A stretch of 63,957 nucleotides of DNA, counting the filler, from Vezdaea acicularis (lineage: Eukaryota), in the NCBI GenBank assembly GCA_026025075.1. It is 3 parts of 3 records of this genome, joined end to end, with 100 filler letters (N's around TTAATTAATTAA, not from the genome) between each part and the next. Parts side by side here need not be neighbours in the genome. Positions count along the whole stretch, not along the records: positions 1 to 26,791 come from JAPEUI010000176.1; positions 26,892 to 53,506 come from JAPEUI010000177.1; 1 more part is not named here. One strand, 5' to 3'. Both the position numbers and the translations under genes were made by a program. The notes below the pieces were generated by a model, which saw nothing but the letters and a program-made list of their open reading frames with translations, was not told where the DNA came from and made no database searches. This document shows positions 26,251 to 36,133 of the stretch, one piece after another. Position 1 is the stretch's first letter, and every line of letters starts with the position of its first letter.

Positions 26251-26791
26251 ATGATTTCAGTACGGCAATTCTTACGGCCGCGCCTAGCAGAGTCGCTGAA
26301 GCTACCTCGAAGCTCTGTCAAATCATTCAATTCCAGCCGTGTCTCCGCTATCTATAGACAAAAGTCCATTCCACACTCCCGAACCATGCATATCCAAAGT
26401 ATCCCTATGTGTACGACTTCCCACTTCCAGCACGAGGCGCTTTGGTTAACACTATAGCATTCAAGGGACTGGGTCCGGCGACAACTATGCCTATCTGGTC
26501 GTGGATGAGACCTCGAAAGATGCTCTCATCATCGACCCGGCGCATCCCGTAGAGTAAGTAGACCGACTTGTCTGCCTGCCGCGCAATACCTTGCTGACGC
26601 TTCCATAGAGTATTACCAGTGCTCAAGCCCCAGATCGAGGAAGGCAAAATAAACCTCACGGGGATCCTAAACACGCACCAGTACAAACTCCCCAACGCAA
26701 AGGCGCTCACGCCCCCCTCGCACGCGTAGCTAACACTCTACACCAAGCCACAAAGACCACGCCGGAGGCAACGACGAGATGGTACAGTCAC
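26251..26791 (+). CDS. GLO2: Hydroxyacylglutathione hydrolase (glyoxalase II), 5' part truncated by gap
   Basis: Exons give MHIQSIPMW...DNYAYLVVDE..KDALIIDPA...ILNTHHHKDHAGGN (metallo-beta-lactamase HxHxDH). Conserved ATG at 26386 and in-frame upstream ATG at 26251. Confidence 0.92.
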
Positions 26792-26891
26792 NNNNNNNNN
26801 NNNNNNNNNNNNNNNNNNNNNNNNNNNNNNNNNNNTTAATTAATTAANNNNNNNNNNNNNNNNNNNNNNNNNNNNNNNNNNNNNNNNNNNN
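26792..26891. other. Artificial contig linker / assembly gap
   Basis: N-run + TTAATTAATTAA (stop codons in all six frames) + N-run, 100 nt in total. Confidence 0.97.
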
Positions 26892-27030
26892 GTCACTGGC
26901 TCTGTCGTCACTGGCTCTGTCGTCGCTGGCTCTCGAAGTCCAGTATTTCTGTTGTCGCTGGTTCTGTGGTCGCTGGCTCTCGATGTCCAGTATTTCTATT
27001 GTCGCTGGCTCTGTGGTCGCTGGCTCTGTC
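26892..27030. repeat. Tandem array of GTCRCTGGYTCT-based 15-bp and 32-bp units at the contig end
   Basis: Seven copies of the 12-mer core at 26892, 26907, 26922, 26954, 26969, 27001 and 27016. Confidence 0.9.
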
Positions 27031-27280
27031 ATCACCAGTAGAAGAAACATCGTTCAATCATGGGGGCAATGGAGTTGGGGATTACAATCAGGTTGGATGG
27101 GCGTCGGGAAAGATTATGCATACGAGGCACATATATCATTTATGAGCAAATAGGTTGATTAGCTACTTCTAATTGTATGTAGTCTAATTTTGATGGATCC
27201 TGCTACGTTATGTTAGTTCCTCGAGTAGTGATAGCTAGAGAAGTGGCTGATAAGCCGTACGCACCTCGAACGTAATGTCC

Positions 27281-27677
27281 CTATTCTTCAAGCTCCTCAT
27301 CGTAGTCTTGCAAGATTGACTCTACCACCTGCTTCAAAGTTGGCACGAAGTCAAAAGACTTCTCCCAAACTATGACATTCCCAGTGCCCACAACCTTGGC
27401 TTTGACTGCCGGAAGTTTAGTAGAGCACAACATCGCTTCCATCGACCACCGAGGAATTTTGGACAATTTCGGTGAAGCAATCTGAAGTTTCCAGGCGCCT
27501 TCTTCGGTCAGTCCCAGCCCTTCCTCCTCCTCGTCAAATCGACCACGGTCGCTCAAGTACTTGATCCACTCGACGACGCCACCGGCCTTGGAAGACTTCA
27601 GGGCAGACATCGTTGCCCTCTTCTAAGGATAGTTCAGCTTTGGAAATTGAGATTTGGGCTTTACTTACGTTAGGCAT
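27281..27677 (-). CDS. Small orphan protein (~116 aa, 2 exons)
   Basis: ATGCCTAAC|GTAAGT...CTGAAC...TAG|AAGAGGGCAACGATG splices in frame onto ORF 27281-27610. Confidence 0.55.
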
Positions 27678-27921
27678 CTTTAGATTCGTCGGAGAAATAA
27701 CGTCAGACAATAAGGTATCGGTTGTCGAAAGGTTATCGTAGAGTAGCTGAAGTGAAGTCGTCTATCGAGTTGGTGAAAGGTGAAAGTTGAAAGCTGCAAG
27801 CAATTCTCGGAGTGCGTATTAGTAGTCATTAAGCGAGGGAGTGAATGCCCCATTTGAAATGCGTGAATAGATGCCCTATGTCACATGCTTCATTGAGAGG
27901 CCCTTCCTAATCTACAGTTTC

Positions 27922-30805
27922 CTATATGACTTGTGGTGAATCGAGCTCTTCTACCGCAGCCAAAGCTTCCTCGAATTGGCTATCATCGTCGGATTGTTCT
28001 TGCTCCATGTACGCCGAACCAGCTTCAACCGTCATTGATTTATCGCTATGAAGCTGTCGTATAACTTCAAACGCTTGTTCAGCAAGCCCTGGAATCTTCA
28101 GTCATTCTGTAAGTTACGTGTGAGAATGACATACTTCGCAGCGTTATCAGGGGTCTTCCGTAAAAACTATCCCCTTTCTTTGTGATCGGGCCTTTGGACA
28201 TCTCTAAGAGGTCCATGATCAGATCTAGAGCTCTTGATCGAAAGCTGGGCTGGCTGAGACGAGGCAAGATTGACAAAAGCTCCGACAGTTGAGATTCGGT
28301 CCAGTCTAAGGTACGTTGTATCTCATTCTTCAGGTATTGCAGTTCTTCCGTCGCACGGTCTTGCCGGTACAGTGCTTCAACACTACTTATCATTTTCGCA
28401 GAGTATTTCCAGGTTGTTGCTTTCCCTACAGAGCTCGCTCGGCAGCTTTCAAACTCCCAGAGTGGTAGGTTACAACTTTTCTCGAGATTATCTAAATCGA
28501 AAGTATCCTTGTCTATTAGCTGTGGACGACAATATTCGGGTAGGCTGACACAGAGCTTGTTGAATTCGTCGACCTTCACTTCGATCCGTGGTAGTCGTCG
28601 CTTCAGCGACTGCACAAGTTTTTGTGCGCCTTTATGCCCAGTAATTCGACTGCGAATCGATTTCAACTCCACTGCGCGAGCTGATATCTGCTGATGAATG
28701 GTTGATTTGAGCTTTTCTAGACGATTCCAAGTATCGAAAGAGCTGTAGGTGGCCCACAACTGTCCTTCGATCGCCCAGTCCGCTCGACACTGGTTGTTCT
28801 GCCCCAATGCCTCGTCGGTTGCGGATACAGCTTGCGCGTATTGACTCTCCAAGTTTTCAATAGTAGGCATCCAACAATCTGTAGATTCAGCTCGCCGGAG
28901 AGTGAACCGGTCGAAGCTTTTTCGTAGTTCTATTTCGAGCTCTCTTTCCCGTCTGATGCATTGATAAACATCGTTGAAAGGGCGTTGATCAAGATAATCA
29001 TCAAAGCAAGCCTCAGTTGCCATAAACCAGCTCCGTTGAGCCTGTGCTTCCCTGCTCAATTCCGTTAACACAGCCTCGCGAGTTACCTGTTCACTTTGCT
29101 CCTTTATTGACAAAACCAAGTCTTCAATCACCCTTGAGCTCTCCTGTAACTCTTGATGGCATTTGTCAAAGCGCTTTTGCAGATTAGAGAAAAGTTTAAC
29201 TCGAAGACGGCGGGCTTGGTAGAGACCGTGCTGATCAAGCAGAATGATCCTCGACTTTGCACTTGACTGCCGGCCAACCGATACCAAATGTGCCATTGAT
29301 GCCCAATCGCGCTCGCAGCCTTCCCCGTCCGATCTTCCAAGCCCTTTGACCCTCAGTGGCCCCCACAAAAGCTGACAGCGAAGCTCATGGGAATAGTTGT
29401 GAAAAGCGTTCAAGCTAAGCTGGACACGCTTATGTAACACTGGGTCAGCAAATTGCAAAGATCGTTCAAACTTACATGCAATGTCGTATTGAACATGAAT
29501 TGCAGCGTTAGTAGGGCACATGTCCACAACAGACTTAATGAGAGAAACCGTTGAGGAGCTTCTCTCGCCTGCAAAAAGGTTGAGATACCGTAACGGAATA
29601 CTATGTCGACAGACCGCTCCCATGACACCGGTTTCGTCAAGATTTGCCATCGATTTTGGCTTGCGTTCTGCAGAGGCTGTAGCAAACGTGTGGTTACAGC
29701 CACCTAAATTCTTGCGGGGCTGACTATCCACTTCATCCTCCGTAGAGCTCTCCGTTATGAACAGTTCCGGAGTATAGTTTGACTCGCGGCTAGTGCTGAT
29801 CCATTTTCGCCGTGAATGCTGAAAGTTACCGTCAACAGAAAATACGCAGGGCAAGTCATCGTCATAGCTTCGATAGAAACAGGCTGGACAGAGACTTGCC
29901 AGAGTGTTCTGTTTGAATACGGCTCCGCTCATTCGTTCCAACTCTTCAGTACAATCTAATTGACATATACGATCCAACTCGAGCCAGTTGAAATAAGCAT
30001 ACTCCCATGGTTTTTTGAATTCTGGAAGACTTTGACGTGTCAATTTCTGTAAGAAGTCATGAAGACCGTGAGCCCAGGCGTACTTGGAGATACTGCCAAT
30101 CATTATGATGTTATGGAAAAAGCGAATCAAATCCATGGAAAAGGCTATATTCGGCTTTAAGGGCGCTATACATCATCAACTTCTACACTAACAATGTTGG
30201 ATATGGGTGAATCACTTGATGGAAAATAATTTCTTTCGATCAGAGAAGTAGCCGCGGCATCACAATCGCACCATTTCAAAACTGTTTTATTAGCTCCTAC
30301 ATGACATTAGCATTGTCATCAGGCTTGAACTAGGATTTTAAGCCTCACCTGTAAGGCTTACAAGCCACACAGTGTGGGAGCCAGCTTCACAGCTCCTAGC
30401 CAGACATGCAGCTTTCTTGCCTGTTTTCATAGCCTGCAAAAAGGGCGCTTGCACCTTTTCCCAGTTGGCGTCCCTGCGTCTTCTATTCTCTTCGTTGCTG
30501 CGCAGTAGAGGAAATAACAATGGCAAAGTCTCTCCGCTCTCAGAAGATTCAATAGCTCCAGCATTTAAATCAGACGTTGATAGATCTAGATCCTCCGACA
30601 GCTCGTTATCTGCCAAACGGGATCCGTCACCATTCTCAAAATCCATTAGGGAATCACGGTGGAGGGCTTTTGATTTACGAGCGTGGAGTTGTCTTGTGAT
30701 AAGCGGTTGAAGATCTTCCCAGATAGCTCTTCTTGTTTGTTGATTCCATCTCAGAGGCTTTTTGAGACCTGTAACGTAGAACGGAGTTCCTTTTCGTCGT
30801 CCCAT
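27922..30805 (-). CDS. CxC1-KDZ (Kyakuja-type) transposase, multi-exon
   Basis: Spliced CxC1-like WCDC...NYFPSTPLKPNIAFS; CPAC; SVDGNFQHSR; LDETGVMGAVCRH; GER; YDIACKF; FHNYSH...CQ; GLGRSDGEGCERDWA. These are the diagnostic KDZ RNase H-fold motifs, followed by a helical C-terminus. Confidence 0.9.
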
Positions 30806-31533
30806 CACAGGCAATGTTGCAGAGTATTTCAATTGTGCTATGGAAGAATGATCCGCACGACCCGCACACGAAGAAGATGGCCAGTAGGATTTGAGATTGA
30901 TGAGTTCTTGATGTTGCTGTGGAGGTATGAGTATGCTTGACTAGTTGACATTCAAACCTGATCAATACTAAACTGAAATAGTAGCATTCTAAGGCACTTT
31001 TCCATTTTCTAGGGTGAGTATCGTAAGAAGAACATAGATGAAAGCGTACTTGCCCCGGGAAGAACTTTTAATCTATCTTGTCCAGAATCTGGGTGCAGTA
31101 TTTAGGCATATATCAACAGAATGACAGAATGCGTATCTGTAGATAGATTGTGTCTATAGTCATGGATCAATTTCCTTGTCTTGATTGTAGCTATTGTACT
31201 GCGGGCGTCATCAGAAGGCCGCAATGTGGCGGCATATATTTTAGGTTATGGGAATGTCAATTTAATTAACTTGATGAAAGCGCTTGAAGCGCCACTAGAT
31301 TAGCGGCTAGCCGAGGGATTGACAATGGAGCGCATCTTTACAGTTTCATCGTTAGTCAACAGCGTCTTTGATTTTCCCTTTCTTAAACACTTCTCTCCCT
31401 ATGATACTGGACCTTGCTTCACCTATTCAAAGGTGAATACTTAAACTTGCTTCTCCCATGAGAAGTCACTGCTTAAGCCACCCAAACTTTTACAGCCTCC
31501 TCACTGACTAACTTTCAATTCTCCTCTCTCAAA

Positions 31534-33207
31534 ATGGGCTTCAAACCTGAAAACCCGTATCGCGTCGGCCGAACACTCCATCTTGGAACTGATACCAGTG
31601 AGAATTGGTTTCTCAAGGTGACCATCGAGAAAGTTTGGCCAATAACTCAGGCTGTCGTCATGCTAGTAGGGGTTGATGAAACATCCAACATTTCTGAACG
31701 TCTTCCAAAGCGAGCAATTTTAAAGATGTATGATCGGCGGTATACCAACAATATACGTAATGACCGAAAGTTTGATGAGTACAACCTGTTATCAGAGCGT
31801 CACTATCAGTCTCTAGTCACGGAAGGCTGGCCGTCTGCATGTCATGATAGCTATGTGGACCAACTCCTCACAAAGTTGGAATCAGAAGTCTCTGAAGGCG
31901 AGGACGATGATCAGGATGAAGATGATCAAGATTTTGATGAAGAGGAAAATCAGGTTTTTCAAAGAGTTCGTGCATGGAGCCAAGAATCATTACTTCAACA
32001 AGATATCTTGGACGTTTGGGCCACAGAGCATGCCACGTATGAACGCCTTGTGTCAATGCAAGGTAACGAAATACCAACCCTTTATGCTGCTAAGCTATTC
32101 GATGCTCCCGACAAACCATCTGATCTTCCTTTCCTGCCATGTGGTGGACTTTTGCTGGAGTACATTGACGGACAAAGCCTGGAGGATGCTGCACAACATA
32201 TGCCCCCTTCAACATTCAACAAGATTTATCAATCGATCCTGTCGACAATTCACAAGATGGTCAGGCTTGGGGTTGTAAATCATGACACTGCTGCGAGGGA
32301 TTGGCTATTGCGTAAAAGCGTTGAGTTGGGGTATCAGCCAGTACAAGTTGATTTTGGCCTTACTCAGATACAAGAGCATGAAAGCCTCCAGGAATGGCTT
32401 GCTTTTGCTGCTGGAAGGTCTCAAGAAGACCGTATTGTATTCACGATAAAGAAGCTTCCTGCTTGTCAACAATTGCGTCCCAAACATAACTATTATCGAT
32501 TCTATCAGGTATGAATATTTGCTTGATTTATACAACGCTTTCTTAGGTTTCTTGAGATTTCTAACTTCTAGAAATAGGATCAGCCAGCTTCTATGGACGA
32601 TTCCATGTTTGATGTAGGTTTGATGGTATCTTTGGACAATAGCAAAACAAACTCATCGCCTGTCGTTCACGCACAAGCATCTTCTATCGAGTCTCTATCC
32701 AGCCAAGATCGATCCGCTTCAAGCTATGCAGGCATGCAAACACCACCTGACTCACTATACAAATATGATCAAAAGAAGACAAGGCCAAGATCTCGATCCT
32801 CACCGACTTCAGTTGCCTCAGGAGAACTTGATTTCCATAAGCATGCCGAAGGCCCTATGCTGTTCTTGTCAGCCGAAAAACAAGAGGACATACAGCATAG
32901 GATTCGCGTCTGGCGACAGGAGGATATCACCATCCAACTTGATGAAAACCTTGGAGGTGAAAATGACCGTGCACATCTAATAGATTTAGAGGACGAACCA
33001 CCCCTCTTAGCTTTGTCACATCCGCGTCGTCGTAGACGTTCTGTGGCTAGCTGTAACATAGCGGGTAATCGTACCATTGATAGTACAAAAGAGATGGCAC
33101 TCACTCCTAGACCATATGACTCAACAAGTCACCATGACAAGGCAATGCCTAGAGCGTCCGATAGCTCTCAAAGCCCAAAAGCCAACACTGAGGAATATCA
33201 GCCTTGA
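31534..33207 (+). CDS. Atypical protein-kinase-like protein with Ser-rich tail (intron 32509-32577)
   Basis: AILKMYDRR, E..TYERL..MQG..IP.LY, GLLLEYIDG, VVNHDTAARDWLL, VDFG. GT at 32509 and AG at 32576-77 join in frame to ORF 32593-33207. Confidence 0.75.
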
Positions 33208-33997
33208 AAATCACTGCTGGGCAGCTCGAACAACGTCCAATCCATACAAAGAGTAGCTATCAAGAATTTAAGAACGCGAGTGAATTAATAATGGCGAACC
33301 AGGTACGAGATGGCTGTTCTGGTATGAACGGGACATTGGACCATCGCTCTACAGCTCTGGAAAGAGTGAGGGATGTTGTCAAGCCAAGACTTTGAAGTAT
33401 CATGATAAGTTCACTAGCATCACATAATGATGCACTGATGCTTGCTGCCGAGTTTAGTGTGTTAGTTGGGCCTGCAAATCATCTGAGATTGTATTCTTCC
33501 TGTTACGAAAAGAAAGTTTGCGTTGCTAGCTCTTTCTGTTGAATAATTCAATGGATACCACTCATATATGCCGCAAAATCCATCTGCTGACTATGCAAAT
33601 GCGCGTCGAAATAATTGATGGCATGTATTCGGGTTCGATGAAAATTTGTTACAGCAAGCTCGAGAGGGATATGCAGCCAACCTCTGTGAACATGCGTTCT
33701 GAGTACAGGGAAGTTGTCTTGGTTGACAGCATTGAGAACCTAGGAAATGGTCTAGATCATGCACTTCCAGCGCGTTATAAGAAGACGAGGCCGCAGGTTG
33801 CAGACTTTTTTTGAAAGACCCTCGGAGCATCTCAGGAATACTGTTACTATGCATCACCAGTTTTATCATATTGCCGGAAATCAAAGCAAAAAGGAGTCTT
33901 AGCTCTTTATTGTAAGAGTACTGTGAATGACTGCATGCAATTGGAGCGCAAAAAAGTCCGGTGGCGTAGGTGCCCGGGCGAACAAGAGCGGGCTCAA

Positions 33998-34682
33998 TGC
34001 GCTTGAAGCGCAATAAGCGGAAGCGAATAAGAGCTGGCTCCGAGCGCTCCAAGCGCATGTAATCTAGGCAAATCCTCCGTTTTTGCGTGTAGTTAGGCTT
34101 TACGCGCTTGACACGCATGGAGCCAGCCCTATGTTCGCATGGACACCTTGCGCCTCATGCGCATGCAATCTAGTCCGAGGCGGAGACGAAGGGTTTGCCA
34201 AAGCTTCATGCACTTGAAGTGCGTAAAGCCAGAATGCTTACTTCTGCGCTCTATGCGCTTCAAGCGCATGGTGTTCTTATTATCTCCAAAGCATCTTGCG
34301 CTTGAGGCGCATGGAGCCAATTTCCGTCCACTTGAGCTCCTTGCGCTTCAAGCGCAAGATGCTGCCAAGATGATAGGGGCTTCGTGCGCTTGAAGCGCAA
34401 GACGCCCCAGAAAGGCCAGTGGCGAACGATTCGTCCGGGCTCCTTGCGCTTGAAGCGCAAGAAGCTTGGTCGCGACCGAAGCAAGAACCGACGCTCGGGC
34501 GCCATGCGCTTCAAGCGCAAGATGCTGCCAAGATGATAGGGGCTTCATGCGCTTGAAGCGCAAAAAGCCCCCGAGAGGCTAGAGGCGAATGGTTTGCCTG
34601 GGCTTCTTGCGCTTGAAGCGCTGGAAGCCCAGTCGCGACCGGAGAGGAAGCCGACGCTCGGGCGCCACGCGCTTCAAGCGCA
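33998..34682. repeat. Array of 14 palindromic TGCGCTT(G/C)AAGCGCA repeats with 43-46 or 60 bp periodicity
   Basis: Copies start at 33998, 34043, 34103, 34149, 34209, 34254, 34297, 34342, 34385, 34445, 34505, 34548, 34608 and 34668. A 163-bp higher-order unit is duplicated at 34342-34504 / 34505-34667. Confidence 0.92.
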
Positions 34683-34717
34683 AGACGCTGGCTTCATCCG
34701 GTGAGTGTTTGGCTGAG

Positions 34718-34772
34718 GCCCCTTCACGAATAGGCGGATGAAGCCGCTTCGTCCGCCTATTCGTGAAGGGGC
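34718..34772. repeat. 55-nt near-perfect palindrome/hairpin
   Basis: GCCCCTTCACGAATAGGCGGATGAAGC-C-GCTTCGTCCGCCTATTCGTGAAGGGGC: 27-bp arms with one mismatch. Confidence 0.95.
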
Positions 34773-35692
34773 TCGCTTAGCAGCAACCGCATGCCAAGGG
34801 TGCAGAAATACGCGAAACCACGTGGATCATTATCAAAGGTTCTCGCATCTAAGAACTGATTGGTGAGCGCTGAAGCTGTACTAGCCCTTTACCCAGTATT
34901 TCTGCTATTTGTGAATGATGCTCTGAGAAGTATGTTGGCTGAGAACCGCATAACCAAAAGGGTTATGATTCTATCGTTCTCTCTACTCCTACCGACGCCC
35001 CTCACACCACAGGCATCATGTCGCTAAACCCGTCAAAGAACAAGGAGCTGAGTCGATAAAGCCACATCCACCCAAATACGACCAGAATAGTATCGGAATT
35101 AGTGCTAATAAATACCTGAAAGGCATTTTGAGATTTCATTCTAGGTTACGCGTGAAAAGGCGCTTCGTTGTTTCCTCCACAACGTAACCCGTAACCCCGA
35201 TGCACGCCTCCTCCATGAACCCGATCTCGCTTATCGGCCCACCCCTGTAAGTCAGGAACGTCATTGTATCGACCGGGTTCTCCCTCCGAAGATCGCGTTG
35301 AACGAGTTATGTCACATTGCAATCACATCACATCGCAGCACCGCATGCGTTTCAACCAAGACACGTATTTCGTCATGATGTAGGTCATTGTCTGCCCAAA
35401 TGCGGAAATATAGGGTGTTTGCTAGTGTCTGGTACTCTCGTCATGACTCTGAAAGGATGAAGATCAGGACGACTCAGGGTAAGGCCTCCCAAGTAGGTCA
35501 AGACGGTGATGTAAGGAAAGCATTGAGGGAGGTAGATACGTAGCTTCTGACGTGACGCTTTGTGAAGCGAATATATAAATCGAGTGAGATATGTTTTACC
35601 TCTCATCTCTCTTGATATACTTGAAAATCATCTCAATCCAAACCCGCTCAAAGATACAATTAATCTACTATATCTATAAGCTTCCCGCAAAA

Positions 35693-35991
35693 ATGTCCAC
35701 AGACTACGCCCGTTCCGGAGAAAACCACATCCCCGTCCAGAGTGACGATGCTCCAGTCGAGGATCCCATTGATGAGGGTACTGCCGACAGCGACCAACAA
35801 TTGGGTAGGCCGCCTCTTAGTATCACTTTGATGATTGATACTAACTTTATTTAGTGAAGGACGATAATGAGGCGATTGACAAGAGCAACATCGTGGAAGG
35901 TCGTACCAGAGGTGCCGGTCCAAAGGGTGGCTATAGTGAGCCAGATGAGGATGACCTTCCAGTGGAAGTGAAGGAAGGAAAGGAGGTGTAA
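35693..35991 (+). CDS. Small acidic protein with CHZ (histone chaperone)-like motif, 2 exons
   Basis: MSTDYARSGENHIPVQSDDAPVEDPIDEGTADSDQQL|VKDDNEAIDKSNIVEGRTRGA...YSEPDEDD, containing the ID.SNI..GRTRG motif. Confidence 0.7.
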
Positions 35992-36133
35992 ACCTACCAC
36001 CAACCTACAGATATAAAGGTGGATGATGCGCGAAACATGTGTATGAAATATTAGACGAATGTCCTTTTTTGAAGTGGTTTCGATTTCCGGTTGTCTATTA
36101 AGTAACGTTCGCTGCTGAGTTAAATTTCAAATA

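Larger units (their letters stand above)
26892..34772. mobile_element. Putative Kyakuja (KDZ/Zisupton superfamily) DNA transposon with cargo genes; boundaries inferred
   Basis: CxC1-KDZ transposase, kinase-like gene and orphan gene, flanked by repeat arrays on both sides. No TIR pair or TSD could be confirmed because the left end is at a contig break. Confidence 0.6.

Noticed and set aside
26844..27050. ORF with TEPAT/RASDD repeats
   Set aside because: Translation of a tandem repeat whose 47-bp period shifts frame; it is terminated only by the artificial linker.
33204..33814. Additional small cargo ORFs between the kinase and the array
   Set aside because: Short, no motifs, no convincing splice model. 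Cannot be supported, though not excluded.
33591..34563. ORFs with repeated 'RFKR/LALEAQ' peptides
   Set aside because: By-products of the palindromic array, open on both strands and in shifting frames.
33998..34682. CRISPR array
   Set aside because: Eukaryotic context, no cas genes, repeat only 15 bp, and the spacers are duplicated or inverted relatives of each other rather than unique.
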